Source: Acidobacteriota bacterium
GTDB taxonomy: Bacteria; Acidobacteriota; Terriglobia; UBA7540
DNA length: 64,000 nucleotides
Assembly (NCBI GenBank): GCA_003165315.1
Contig: PLSX01000216.1
Span: forward strand, 21,172 to 85,171
Direction of reading: 5' to 3'
In this document: piece after piece, positions 1 to 9,728 of the stretch
Layout of the letters: each line of letters begins with the position of its first letter
How positions within the stretch are numbered: the first letter of the stretch is position 1
Program-made: the position numbers and the translations under genes
Notes under the pieces: model-generated
Databases searched by the model: none
Seen by the model: the letters and a program-made list of their open reading frames with translations, nothing else
What the model was told of the DNA's origin: nothing

Positions 1-384
1 GCCGCGCAGGGTACGGAGGATGAGGGCATTAAACCCCAGCCAAAAGGGCGGTGAAACCACCATCACGGCATCAGGGCGAGTAGTGAAAAGGCCAGCGGCA
101 AGGCTGGTGAGCGTGAAGCTCCCATAGTTCAGGAGTTTCGCGAATTTGCCTTCGGATTTCGGGAATGCCCAGCACCGAATCACCTTCACGCCATCAAGGA
201 ATTCACGGTGGAATGGCCACCACGCGTAACCCGCCGGAACGCTTGAGAGTTGGTAGTGCGGCGTGCCCGCAAGCACCGTCACCTGGTGTCCGCGCCTGGC
301 CAACTGCTGTGCCAGGCCGGTGATGACGATGGCGTTGCTGGTGAATTCCGGTGCGTATCGGATGCTGATAATCAGGAGGCGCAA
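1..384 (-). CDS. glycosyltransferase family 4 (WcaI-like), N-terminal part; gene runs off the left edge
   Basis: Not in the ORF track. Reverse-strand reading from TTG at 384 (in-frame TAA two codons upstream) gives MRLLIISIRYAPEFTSNAIVITGLAQQLARRGHQVTVLAGTPHYQ..., a typical GT4 N-terminal Rossmann start. The frame is open for 128 codons to position 1. Confidence 0.65.
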   Translation of the reverse strand, partial: MRLLIISIRYAPEFTSNAIVITGLAQQLARRGHQVTVLAGTPHYQLSSVPAGYAWWPFHREFLDGVKVIRCWAFPKSEGKFAKLLNYGSFTLTSLAAGLFTTRPDAVMVVSPPFWLGFNALILRTLRG

Positions 385-423
385 GGGTTACTTATGGTCC
401 GAGCCTGGAGAGAACGGCTGGGG

Positions 424-1620
424 TTAAGATCTCCTTTCCGGAGGCATGCTTTCGGCTCCACGGTTCGATCCGAGTGGCGCGAGTTGCTGAAAAAGCTGGT
501 GAACCTTTTCCGCGCCTTGTTGCCAGGAAAACTGACTTGCGCGCTCCACTGCGCGGCGGGAGAGACCTTCCTGGCGGGAGGGATCCGAAAGCACCTCGAA
601 GATTCTATCGGCAATGTCTTGGGGGTTTTCACCGTCGAACAAGACGGCTGCATCGCCGCAGATATCGCTCATGGGGCGGCGCCCACAGCAGAGAATCGGG
701 GTCCCGCAGGCGAGCGCCTCAATCAAGACGGTGCCGCACGCTTCCAGCAGCGACGGAAAAACAAAGCAGGTGGCGTTGCCGAACAGCAAGGGCATGTCCT
801 GATGCGGAACATAGCCGATGAACTTGACCCAATCCGAGCAGCCCTGATCCGCGAGCAGCTTCTTGACGCGGCCGATATACTGAGCGTCCCACACCTCGCC
901 TGGAATCACCAGCGGCATCGTGACCTTTCCCGACTTCACCAGGGAAACGTAGGCTTTCGCCAGATTCAGCAAATTACCGTAGCCCGCCAGGCGCGTCACC
1001 GAGAGAACGTAAGGCGGCTCCAGTCCCAACCGCTCGCGCAATAGTGCTGCGGAACCGGCATCAGCAGGATGGAAGCCTTCCGTGACGCCAGGGTAGCTGA
1101 CGATGATCTTCTCCGGGGGCAGGTGAAACTGCTCAACCAGAAAGTCCTTTTCCCAATCGGAAATGGCGATGATGCCATGGCTGCGGCGCAGGGAGAGCAC
1201 CGTCATGAACCGGATCAGCCAAAGCCTCGCGCGAAGATGCAGCGGGTTGGGAAATTTCCCGGCGAAGAACGGCTCCACATTCTGAATGATGATGATGCAG
1301 GGCGTGGGAGACAGAAGAATTGCCATGTTTTGCGTGGTGTAAACAACATCCACATGCTTGGCGCGGAGAATCCACGGGAAGATCAGTTGTTCCCAGGCTA
1401 CCCGAAACGTGCCGGATTTGGGCGCACGGCGCGGGGCGTGAATATGAAAGTTCTCCTGCCGCACATCCAATTCTCCGGACTTGGCGGGAGGAAGAAAGAC
1501 CTCGTATTGATTGGTGCGGTCGAGCTGCGCCAGGTGTGGAAGCAGATTCTTCAGATAGGTATGGCTGCCGTAGGACGTCGCCGTGAGCCCGAGAATGGCG
1601 ATCTTCATTGCTTCTTCCAC
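424..1620 (-). CDS. glycosyltransferase family 1 (GT4-type)
   Basis: 398-aa ORF. The C-terminal half has the GT1 donor-binding region (...FVFPSLLEACGTVLIEALACGTPIL...). It sits on the same strand between a GmhA-like gene and another GT4 gene. The start may be the internal MKIAILG (1608). Confidence 0.85.
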   Translation of the reverse strand: MEEAMKIAILGLTATSYGSHTYLKNLLPHLAQLDRTNQYEVFLPPAKSGELDVRQENFHIHAPRRAPKSGTFRVAWEQLIFPWILRAKHVDVVYTTQNMAILLSPTPCIIIIQNVEPFFAGKFPNPLHLRARLWLIRFMTVLSLRRSHGIIAISDWEKDFLVEQFHLPPEKIIVSYPGVTEGFHPADAGSAALLRERLGLEPPYVLSVTRLAGYGNLLNLAKAYVSLVKSGKVTMPLVIPGEVWDAQYIGRVKKLLADQGCSDWVKFIGYVPHQDMPLLFGNATCFVFPSLLEACGTVLIEALACGTPILCCGRRPMSDICGDAAVLFDGENPQDIADRIFEVLSDPSRQEGLSRRAVERASQFSWQQGAEKVHQLFQQLAPLGSNRGAESMPPERRS

Positions 1621-1737
1621 CCCAGCCCGAGCCGAATTTCCGCCGGCGTGCAGCGGGAAGCGAGAGCGTTCGATTGTGATCCCTTGGGCATCGAGAGCAG
1701 ATCTCAGGTTGACGGGCAGCGAGGGTGCGGCACAGCC

Positions 1738-2334
1738 TCAGCAAGCAGGACCGGCGGCTGCCCCGGCGGCGGAATCCATGCGCGCGCACAAAACCTGCAT
1801 GGCCACATGGAAAAGCATCATGTGGATGTCTTCCACCTTTTGCATATCATGTACCGGAACGTGCACGGGCACTTGCGCCAGGGTGGCCAGCTTGCCGCCG
1901 CTAAAGCCGGTGAGTCCCACCGTGATGGCGCCCTGCTGATTGGCGTATTCAATGGCCTTCAGAACGTTGGGGGAATTTCCGCTGCCGGAAATGGCAATCA
2001 CCAGGTCGCCGGGGTGGAGAAAGTTCTTGAGCTGCTCCACAAACACATCCACGTAGGAGACGTCATTGGCGTAGGCCGTCAGCGTGGCCAGATTATCGTT
2101 AAGGCTGATCACGCGAAAGCGTTTCTCCCGGCCGTAGGAGACGCCTTTGTTCAAGTCGCCGGCCGCGTGCGATGCGCTGGCGCCGCTCCCGCCATTGCCC
2201 ATTAGAAAGACCTGGCGGCCATCGAGGTATGCGCTCTCCAGAAGCTGGAGGAATTTCTCCGCAGCGTCGGTGGGAATGGCGTCCAGCGCCTCCTTGAGCC
2301 CATGGGTATAATCAAGAAACAGTTGGCGAATCAT
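1738..2334 (-). CDS. gmhA: SIS-domain sugar isomerase, phosphoheptose isomerase (GmhA)-like
   Basis: 198 aa. GNGGSGASASHAAGDL and AISGSGNSPNV motifs and the size fit GmhA. It is the first gene of a same-strand glycosyltransferase operon. Confidence 0.7.
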   Translation of the reverse strand: MIRQLFLDYTHGLKEALDAIPTDAAEKFLQLLESAYLDGRQVFLMGNGGSGASASHAAGDLNKGVSYGREKRFRVISLNDNLATLTAYANDVSYVDVFVEQLKNFLHPGDLVIAISGSGNSPNVLKAIEYANQQGAITVGLTGFSGGKLATLAQVPVHVPVHDMQKVEDIHMMLFHVAMQVLCARMDSAAGAAAGPAC

Positions 2335-2600
2335 TCATGCTCTCCTCGTCTGGATTATTCCTCATCGAGGCGGGAAGGGCAAGCCCGGCGAAAAGGGGCA
2401 TCGGGCGATTGGCGATTGGTGAATGGTGATTGACGATTTTCGGCACTTGATTGTGGATTTGCAGATTGCCATTCCGGCACAAAGGCCCCCCGGCTCCGTA
2501 CTCTTGATTTGACATTTTGACCTATCCTGCAAGCTTGGGTTCTCGATCGACGTTGCTGGTGCACATCACGCTGGTCTTTCGTCTCAGAGCTGTGATTTTA

Positions 2601-2862
2601 GCTAAGTGTCTTTATTTTCATAACTATCGTGGCCTAAAAATTAAGTTATTTGTTTTCATCAACATCGTGGGATATGTCAAACTGTCACTTCGCTCTTCCT
2701 TTGTTTTCATCAACATCGTGGGATATCCCCTTATTTTTTATTCCCCTTTTTCCCGGCATCGAATCCCGGGCTTCGCTGTAAGCCATTTATAATCAGCAAT
2801 ATAAAATTTCGACGCATTTTTCGAGTTTCTTGTAAGTCTCTGTATTTTCATACACATCGTGG
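2601..2862 (+). repeat. AT-rich intergenic locus with 4 direct copies of the motif (GCTAA..)..TTTTC-N7-(A/T)ATCGTGG
   Basis: Copies end in ATCGTGG at 2632, 2670, 2721 and 2862, all on the + strand. Two copies are identical over 27 nt (TTTGTTTTCATCAACATCGTGGGATAT). The same motif recurs at 61581-62100. Confidence 0.8.
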
Positions 2863-3255
2863 CCTCCCCAGGGTATTTTCGGGGGGAAATCTGCCATCCT
2901 GGTCCTCAAAAGAGCTCCCCTGATTTACCTGCGCTCACGCCATAGCCCAGCGGCAAAAGTCCCCCTCCTGATTCAAGGACAGGCGGCGCGTGAGCGCGGG
3001 GGGGGTTGCCGGCGCCGCCCCGCGGCGGTCCTGCCTCTCCCCTCTATTGTAGCCTATTATTCGAAATTGTCAAGGGAAATGCAGAGCCTAGCGCATGGGT
3101 TTGCAGCCCGCGGGGCGCGGCGGCAGGACACTCCGCGTGCCGTAAGAAGCCGTGAAAAACCCAGGGACAGGCAAAAGCAGGCAGGCCAGCCGCATCATCC
3201 GCCACCAGTTAGAGCGGGCCAAAGCCGAATCGGCCAGTAAGCTGATTGCTGCAAA

Positions 3256-3284
3256 TTGACGTCATGATGTCCAGGATTTAGCAT
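3256..3284 (+). promoter_or_regulatory. candidate sigma70-type promoter/operator of the vapB remnant locus (possibly a leaderless mRNA)
   Basis: TTGACG (3256-3261), a 17-nt spacer, then TAGCAT (3279-3284). The GTG start at 3291 is only 7 nt downstream. The direct repeat CATGATGT occurs twice (3263-3270, 3285-3292) and overlaps a TGACGTCA palindrome, as expected for an antitoxin operator. Confidence 0.35.
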
Positions 3285-3290
3285 CATGAT

Positions 3291-3536
3291 GTGAGAACAA
3301 CATTAACGATCGACGACGATGTGGCAGCCAAGCTCCGGGCGGAGGCGCGCCGGTCTGGCGAACCGTTTAAGCAGACCGTGAACCGCGTCCTGCGAACGGG
3401 TCTCCACGTTCGATCGGTGGCGGTTTCGGCTCCCCCCTTCAAGGTCAGGCCACGCCCTCTGGGTCTGCGCCCGGGGTTCAGTTACGATAAGGTGGGGGAG
3501 CTCATCGAGCAGGCGGAGGCGCCTTTCTATCGATGA
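3291..3536 (+). CDS. vapB: type II antitoxin, VapB-like (ribbon-helix-helix)
   Basis: 81 aa, MRTTLTIDDDVAAKLRAEARRSGEPFKQTVNRVLRTGL... is a typical VapB/RHH N-terminus. Its stop overlaps the next start (ATGA at 3533-3536), which is classic TA coupling. Confidence 0.75.
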   Translation: MRTTLTIDDDVAAKLRAEARRSGEPFKQTVNRVLRTGLHVRSVAVSAPPFKVRPRPLGLRPGFSYDKVGELIEQAEAPFYR

Positions 3537-3673
3537 TTCTTCGTGGGAACCTCATCATGGACGCCCACTTGGGAGCGTTAGCCATCGAGCACGGAGCCAC
3601 CCTCGCCACCTGTGATCGGGACTTCGCACACTTTCCCGGCCTGAAATTCTTTAATCCCCTCGACAAACCCTGA
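3533..3673 (+). pseudogene. vapC: internally deleted PIN-domain toxin (VapC) remnant, 46 codons
   Basis: Below the ORF-track size cut-off. ATG at 3533 gives MILRGNLIMDAHLGALAIEHGATLATCDRDFAHFPGLKFFNPLDKP*. The start (MIL..) and the C-terminal third of a VapC (DAHLxALAxxHGATLxTxDxDFxxFPGL) are present. The roughly 80 residues carrying the N-terminal and central acidic catalytic residues are missing. Confidence 0.7.
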
Positions 3674-3782
3674 TTACTCCCTCGCCATACCTCAACCCCC
3701 AAACGCCTGCCTGACCATATTACTTGCGGGAAGCTGCCGGTTCGCCCTATCCTTATGAGGGAATAAGTGCGCAGCAAAAGGA

Positions 3783-3998
3783 TTGGACACTGTGAAAACC
3801 ATAAGCGTCGATTTGCCGGAAAAGGTCGCCGAGGAGTTGTCGCGACTCGTAGAGACGGGATGGTTCCGCGATGAATCCGAGGCAGTTCGCGCGGCTTTGG
3901 TGGAATTCCTCGGGCACCGCGCTGCGGAACTCCAGGAACGCTTTCAACGCGACGACATTGAATGGGCGCTACGAGAGAGTCAGAAAGCCCGGCAATGA
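3783..3998 (+). CDS. CopG/RHH-family antitoxin-like protein, orphan
   Basis: ...KTISVDLPEKVAEELSRLVETGWFRDESEAVRAALVEFL... is an RHH fold signature. The likely true start is GTG 3792, with AAGGA 10 nt upstream. Its stop lies in ATGAACTGA, so an overlapping downstream ATG is followed by only one codon and no toxin gene remains. Confidence 0.6.
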   Translation: MDTVKTISVDLPEKVAEELSRLVETGWFRDESEAVRAALVEFLGHRAAELQERFQRDDIEWALRESQKARQ

Positions 3999-4081
3999 AC
4001 TGATCGAAATTGTGATTTGAAGTGCCGCCGAAGAAAGCAAAACTGCGCTCGCCTTGACCCTGCCTGCTATCCGCCCTGCCT

Positions 4082-5845
4082 CTACCCATTGAGATCCAAT
4101 GTTTGCACCTCGGGATTTGCGGTGTCTTCGTACATGATGCTAAACCCATTGGCCGACGCGACATTTCTTCGGAGGACGAGTGCAGCGAGTGCAAGAAGGG
4201 CGACTACCATGAATACTAGCCAGCGAGTGCCATCCTGCAGTAGCCACCGTTCAACAGTTGCCATCGTATAGGCGTACGCGGTGAAGGCGAACCAATAGAA
4301 GACGCCGAGCAGCGTGATATTTGCCTTCCCGGATTGGAAGGAACAGGTGAAGGGTATTTTGAGGAAATTCAGGAACAACAATTCCGCGAGGATCACCGAC
4401 AACACCAGGCTGAAGGTGAAATTCATCAACGCCGGCCGCCATCCCCAAAGGGCAGAAAATATGGGAAAAAGCGCGGCCAGAATCATGACTACAGGCACCA
4501 GCATCGCCTTCCTTGCGCCCCGCAGAAATTCGGCCCTGTTTTCGTCTTCGGCCAATTGAAAAACCCAGTTTGCGCTCAACTCCGCCGGGATGGTAAAGAT
4601 CATGCGCATTCCCGACAATACAAAAAACGAAACGATCAGGGGGATGGCAAGCAACGCTTCGTGCGGCTGGCTGATGGCAGCAATCAAGTCGCCTTTCGAC
4701 ATGTAGACGAATGCATCCAGCGTCCCAAACAGCGCCAGCGCCAATCCAGTTCCCACGTAGGCGGCAAGGTAGAGCCGGTGTTTGCCGCTGCGAGCGATTG
4801 TTTTTGACACAAAGTAAAAAGCCGCCCGTTCCCTCGGCTTGCGGAGGAGAAGTACATTCATCGCCCTGATTGCAAACGCGTCCATACGCGACGGGCCGGA
4901 TGGCTCAGCCGCGGACGCTTCGACCGCCTGTTGCATGTGCCGCCTGTAGTTGAGGGCATAGGCGGCGGCGCAGGCGAAGGCCACCACGGCAAGCGCCACA
5001 ATGGCAATCCCGGCCAGGGTGTGGAGCGCGCCTTCACTTGAACCCAGAAGGGTTTGATAGAGGCCCAGGAACCAGAGGGGTGGGAACCACAAAAGTCGCG
5101 CGCCGGGCGCCTGCTGCCAGCCGGACGGAAGGTCGGATAAGGTGGGCAGCAGGAAAAGCAGCAGCAGTAGTGCAATCATGGCGTCAACTTGCACGCCGAG
5201 TGAAATCTTCTTGAAGGCCCGTGGGCTCAGGGCGTTAATCAGCAACCCTTGGAGCGCGACGATAAAAAGAAAGGTGAACGCACTGGCTGCGCCAATGGCA
5301 ATTCCGTGGGCGAAGATCATTCTGCAAAGTCGAAGCAGCGACACGTGAGCCGCGGGAATGCCCGTGCTCTCCACTACCGGGTAGAGCAGCGTGGGAATGC
5401 CTCCCACATCGCCAATGAATAACGAAAGAAAGAGCAGCAGCGCAGTGATCTTGGCGCGGAAAACCGTGGAGGCTTTAAGGGGCAACGGGATGAGAATCGC
5501 AAAGTCCCGCGCATCGAGAAACAACGCGTCCCACTCCAAAACTGCCACGAACCCGATGATGGCCATGGAGAGGATGATGAAACGGCAATGGTCCATCAGC
5601 GAGACTTGCTCGTATTTCCACTGCGAAAACCAATAAATATAGGAGTAAGTGGGAAGCTGATAGAGCGAGTAAATAACGGGAGGCATCGCCAGCAGGGCAA
5701 GTATGTGGACCACCGTCAGCAGCGCTTCGCTGCCCTGCGCGATCAGCTCATTGTCAAAAAACCGCTGAAAAAAGTGCTCCGTCAGTTGGACGAAGTGAGT
5801 TTCATCGTCGCGGAAGAACTTACGGATTCGAGCCAGTATGTGCAC
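4082..5845 (-). CDS. polytopic membrane protein, probable permease partner of the upstream ABC ATPase
   Basis: 587 aa with many long hydrophobic segments throughout. It lies directly downstream of the ABC ATPase gene on the same strand. I did not recognise a specific family. Confidence 0.6.
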   Translation of the reverse strand: MHILARIRKFFRDDETHFVQLTEHFFQRFFDNELIAQGSEALLTVVHILALLAMPPVIYSLYQLPTYSYIYWFSQWKYEQVSLMDHCRFIILSMAIIGFVAVLEWDALFLDARDFAILIPLPLKASTVFRAKITALLLFLSLFIGDVGGIPTLLYPVVESTGIPAAHVSLLRLCRMIFAHGIAIGAASAFTFLFIVALQGLLINALSPRAFKKISLGVQVDAMIALLLLLFLLPTLSDLPSGWQQAPGARLLWFPPLWFLGLYQTLLGSSEGALHTLAGIAIVALAVVAFACAAAYALNYRRHMQQAVEASAAEPSGPSRMDAFAIRAMNVLLLRKPRERAAFYFVSKTIARSGKHRLYLAAYVGTGLALALFGTLDAFVYMSKGDLIAAISQPHEALLAIPLIVSFFVLSGMRMIFTIPAELSANWVFQLAEDENRAEFLRGARKAMLVPVVMILAALFPIFSALWGWRPALMNFTFSLVLSVILAELLFLNFLKIPFTCSFQSGKANITLLGVFYWFAFTAYAYTMATVERWLLQDGTRWLVFMVVALLALAALVLRRNVASANGFSIMYEDTANPEVQTLDLNG

Positions 5846-5878
5846 AGCACCTTTCGTGCTGGGGAAGCTGATGGGAAG

Positions 5879-5957
5879 CGGCGTAGAGGCGGGTTTACCC
5901 CGCCATCCGATGCCGGAATCAGCGGCAGTCTGGCGGGGTAAACCCGCCTCTACGCCG
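5879..5957. repeat. REP-like perfect hairpin (26-bp stem, 27-nt loop) between the ATPase and permease genes
   Basis: CGGCGTAGAGGCGGGTTTACCCCGCC (5879-5904) is the exact reverse complement of 5932-5957. It starts 5 nt after the ATPase stop codon (5962-5964, minus strand). Confidence 0.9.
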
Positions 5958-5961
5958 CCGG

Positions 5962-6726
5962 TTAGAGCTTCATGACTTCGACGATATCTTTGGCGACTTT
6001 TGCCGTATCTTCTTCCATCGCCAGTTCGCGGAAAATCTCTTCGAGCGAGGGAAGCTTCATCAGGTCGCGCAGATGCTCGACGCGGTCGTTGGCCACGGAG
6101 CGGCCCCGGTGCAGAATCATGACCCGCGAACAGAGCTTTTCCACCACTTCCAGGACGTGCGAGCTGTAGATGATGATCTTCCCCTCGCCCGCGAGCAGCT
6201 TCACCAAGTTGCGGAAAACCATGACAGAGGTTACATCCAGTCCGGAAAGCGGCTCGTCAAATATCAAGATGTTCGGATTATGGAGAAGAGCCGCGCAGAT
6301 AAAAATTTTCTGCTTCATCCCTTTTGAATAGGAGGAGATGGCGGCGTGCCTTTGCGTCCGGAGAGAGAAGAGTTCCAGCAGGGCGTCGGATTTCTCCGTC
6401 AGCAACGGCTCCGGGATGGACCGCAATCGGCCCACGAGTTCCAGGTATTCCTTGCCGCTAAGGTAGGGGTAGAGACGCGGCTCCTCGGGAACGTATCCAA
6501 GCCGGCGGCGATAAGCAATCAGGTCAGCACTGATGTCCCGCCCGTCCAAAAGGATGTGGCCGGCGCTGGGCTCAAGCAATCCGGTCAGCATCTTTACCGT
6601 CGTGCTCTTGCCCGAGCCGTTGGGGCCCAGGTAGCCGTAGACTTCGCCGGCGTCGACCTGAAAGCTGACTGCATCGACGGCGGTAAGAGTGCTATAGCGC
6701 TTTGTGAGCCCGATGACTTCAAACAT
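5962..6726 (-). CDS. ABC transporter ATP-binding protein (ABC-2/DrrA-like)
   Basis: Walker A GPNGSGKST, signature-like YSKGMKQK and Walker B ILIFDEPLSGLD. 254 aa. Confidence 0.9.
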   Translation of the reverse strand: MFEVIGLTKRYSTLTAVDAVSFQVDAGEVYGYLGPNGSGKSTTVKMLTGLLEPSAGHILLDGRDISADLIAYRRRLGYVPEEPRLYPYLSGKEYLELVGRLRSIPEPLLTEKSDALLELFSLRTQRHAAISSYSKGMKQKIFICAALLHNPNILIFDEPLSGLDVTSVMVFRNLVKLLAGEGKIIIYSSHVLEVVEKLCSRVMILHRGRSVANDRVEHLRDLMKLPSLEEIFRELAMEEDTAKVAKDIVEVMKL

Positions 6727-6904
6727 CGATCAGCCCTCACCGCCTTCAAAAATACGCTCCTTAGCGCCCGCCAGGACTTCCCTGTGCCATCGGATTAGCC
6801 CGACCAGATCAGAATCGAAAACATCCTGGCGAGTTGCCGCCCCAGACCGTGACCGCACTCTCTGCTAGACACCGCACGAGGTGGAAATGTTCCAGCGTTA
6901 TTCC

Positions 6905-9553
6905 TCATTCGTATCGCAACGCCACCATGGGATCGACTTTGGTCGCCCGGCGGGCGGGAATGTAAGAAGCGAACGCGGCCACGAGCGCCAGGCCCACCGA
7001 CACGGCAACCAGAGTAACATGGTCGCTGGGGCTGACCCCGAACAGCAGACTGCGCAGCAGACGTGTCAGCGCCAAAGCGCCGGCCAGGCCGATCCCAGCG
7101 CCAAAACCAACCAGCCGCATCCCCTCGGCTCCGACCAGCGCTAGCACATCCTCACGGCAAGCTCCCAACGCCATGCGGACCCCAATCTCATGAGTGCGCT
7201 GCGCCACCGAATAAGACACGACACCGTAAATCCCAACCGCCGCCAGCGAGAGCGCCAAAAGCGCGAATATTCCCACCAGCAAGGCATTGAATCGCTGCGG
7301 TGCAGTTGACTCTAACAATCGCTCATCCATCGTGGCAATGTCGTATAGCGGTTGGTTGGCATCCTCCGCCCGAACGGCAGCTTTCACCGCCGCAATGGAA
7401 TTGAGCGGGTCGCCGGAAGTACGAAGTACCACGTACAAATCTGATGCGGGATCCTGCAAGCAGGGGATGTAAACCTCGGGCGACTCAGGGTTGTCAGGGC
7501 CGAGTTGTCTCACATTTCCCACCAAGCCGATGATTTGGCGCCACGGATCTGTTCTTGCTCCAGATTTGACATGCTTTCCGATCACATTCTGGTCAGGGAA
7601 AAATTGGCGGGCAAAGGCTTGATTGACGATAGCCACCGGCAGGGTGGCCAGACGGTCCTGATCACTAAATGCACGACCCGCAACGACAGGGATGCCCAGG
7701 GTGCGAAAATAGTTAGGCCCCACCACATCATCGGGGATATCCGGACGCAATCCTGGTAGTGCTTCCGGGGTGCCCTCGACATCAGTGCCGCTGATGCGCC
7801 ACGAGCCCAGAAGCGGAAGTCCACTCCCGGCATCGGCGTATTGGATGCTAGGGAGTGCCTTCAGTCGCTCCAAAAGTTGCCTGAAGAATGCAGCCTTTCG
7901 TTCAGGCTCGGAGTATTCATTTCCGGAAATTGAGATTCGAAGCGTAAGCAGTTGGTGAGGGTCGAACCCAGGATCAACTGTGATCAGATAAATAAAGCTT
8001 CGAGTGAAAAGACCCGCGCCAACCAATAATATGACAGCAAGTGCGATTTCAGCCGTTACGAGGATGCTCCTGAGCCGGTGTTGTCTTTGGCTCGGCGTTG
8101 ATCGTGACGTTCCATATTTGAGCACTTCGTCGAGTTTCACGCACGAAGCCAGCATGGCCGGAGAGAAGCCGAACAGGACACCGGTCATTGTGGCAACGAA
8201 CAACGTGAAAAGCAGAACGGTAGAGTCCAAACGGATGGTTTGCAGGTGCGGAATCTGAGGAGGCCCAAGGGCCTGAATGACCCTGAGGCCAGCGAATCCG
8301 AACAATACTGCGACAGCTCCCGCGGCGTTTACAAGCACCAAGCTCTCCGTTAGCAATTGCATTACAATGCGCAGCCTCGGAGCGCCAAGAGCCATGCGCA
8401 AAGCGAGTTCCTTTTGCTGCGCCGCGCCTCGTGCAAGCTGCAAGCTGGCTACGTTGACACACGACATGACCAGCAAGAGCCCGACGGAGCAAAGCAAGAC
8501 GAGCAAAATGAGACGAACGGGCGCGGCGAGTCTCTCGTGCAAGGGCGTCACACGTACCTCCATCCCAGCCCGCATACGCTGAAATTGCGGCGGTTCTTGT
8601 CCGGCCGTTTGTTTTATCAGGCCATTTAACTCCACTTTCACATTGTCGACGGTGACGCCTGGCTTGAGGCGGGCGAGAGCTCTAACAAGCCTGAACTTCT
8701 CAGAGTCGTGAGAAGCCCAGTCGGCGGCCCGCGCCACGAGCATTGGTAAAAACAACTCTGCCTTGAACTCGTCGTCTGGGAATCGGAAACCGGCGGGCAT
8801 CACCCCGATGATCGTGTGCGGTGTGCCGTTGAGCTTGACGGATGAGCCAATAATGCCCGGGTCAGACCCGAAGCGCCGCTGCCATAGTTCGTGACTGAGC
8901 AGCACCACTTTCCTTCCCCCTGGTTGGTCCTCTTCTTGAAGAAAGCCGCGACCCAGCTCCGGTCGGACTCGAAGCAAGGGGAAGAAATCCCAGGTAACAC
9001 TTGCTCCGAGAATACGGTCGGGTTCTCCGCGCGAAGTTAGATTCACCTCGGCACCGCCACCATAGGCTGCAAGCCCTCCGAAGAGCTGTGTATGCTCGCT
9101 CCAGTTGGCAAAGTCAGGGGTGGGCACTGTCCTCACAGGGGCTTCGTGTGGCCAGAACTCAGAGATGTACACCAGTTGGTTCGGCTCGCTGTAGGGCAAC
9201 GGGCGGATCAGGACAGCATTCACAACACTAAAGATAGCTGTATTGGCACCAATCCCTAAAGCAAGAGTGATTATGGCAACTGCTGTGAAGCCAGGATTCT
9301 TGCGCAACTGTCGCAGGCCATATCGCAAATCCTGAATAAGCTCTTCCAGCCAGCGAAAACCCCAGGTGTCGCGGGTCATTTCCTTGATCACACCAACGTT
9401 GCCGAATTCGCAGAGGGCGGAGGCGCGGGCCTGCTCGGCGGATTCGCCGCGCTCCATGCGGTCCTGCGCGGCCATTTGCAGATGCGCCTGGACCTCTTGG
9501 TCCAGTTCTTCATCACGCTGCTCCCGGCGAAACAATCGATCCCAGAGATTCAT
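6905..9553 (-). CDS. ADOP-family duplicated MacB-like (FtsX-domain) permease
   Basis: The conserved ADOP N-terminus [38 protein letters not shown]...[29 protein letters not shown] is present, with two MacB_PCD/FtsX halves. I place the start at the MNLWDRLF Met (9553) rather than the ORF-track 9592. Confidence 0.9.
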   Translation of the reverse strand: MNLWDRLFRREQRDEELDQEVQAHLQMAAQDRMERGESAEQARASALCEFGNVGVIKEMTRDTWGFRWLEELIQDLRYGLRQLRKNPGFTAVAIITLALGIGANTAIFSVVNAVLIRPLPYSEPNQLVYISEFWPHEAPVRTVPTPDFANWSEHTQLFGGLAAYGGGAEVNLTSRGEPDRILGASVTWDFFPLLRVRPELGRGFLQEEDQPGGRKVVLLSHELWQRRFGSDPGIIGSSVKLNGTPHTIIGVMPAGFRFPDDEFKAELFLPMLVARAADWASHDSEKFRLVRALARLKPGVTVDNVKVELNGLIKQTAGQEPPQFQRMRAGMEVRVTPLHERLAAPVRLILLVLLCSVGLLLVMSCVNVASLQLARGAAQQKELALRMALGAPRLRIVMQLLTESLVLVNAAGAVAVLFGFAGLRVIQALGPPQIPHLQTIRLDSTVLLFTLFVATMTGVLFGFSPAMLASCVKLDEVLKYGTSRSTPSQRQHRLRSILVTAEIALAVILLVGAGLFTRSFIYLITVDPGFDPHQLLTLRISISGNEYSEPERKAAFFRQLLERLKALPSIQYADAGSGLPLLGSWRISGTDVEGTPEALPGLRPDIPDDVVGPNYFRTLGIPVVAGRAFSDQDRLATLPVAIVNQAFARQFFPDQNVIGKHVKSGARTDPWRQIIGLVGNVRQLGPDNPESPEVYIPCLQDPASDLYVVLRTSGDPLNSIAAVKAAVRAEDANQPLYDIATMDERLLESTAPQRFNALLVGIFALLALSLAAVGIYGVVSYSVAQRTHEIGVRMALGACREDVLALVGAEGMRLVGFGAGIGLAGALALTRLLRSLLFGVSPSDHVTLVAVSVGLALVAAFASYIPARRATKVDPMVALRYE

Positions 9554-9728
9554 GGCTGACCTTCTTTGCGTGCAGGGGGATTCAAAATTCAAGATTCAAG
9601 AGCTGCCATTCCGAATTCCAGTTTCATTATCTATTCCTGCGAGATTCGCGATGTCGGACCATTAAGAAATCAAAATTCAAGAATCATTATTCCGCCCAGT
9701 TACTAACCACCATCCACTAAACACTGCT

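Noticed and set aside
2517-2792. ORF-track ORF of 91 aa with the repeated peptide FVFINIVGY (similar ORFs at 61325-61701)
   Set aside because: The repeated peptide is just the translation of the non-coding DNA motif. The ORFs have no RBS, have low-complexity AT-rich codon usage unlike real genes here, and the homologous copies are not kept in frame.
2601-2862. The repeated TTTTCATCAACATCGTGG motif (also at 61581-62100) as a CRISPR array
   Set aside because: Spacing is irregular (38, 51, 141 nt here; 41, 194, 126, 126 nt at the other locus). The intervening segments are homologous to each other rather than unique spacers. The conserved part is only ~20 nt, and no cas genes are in the window.
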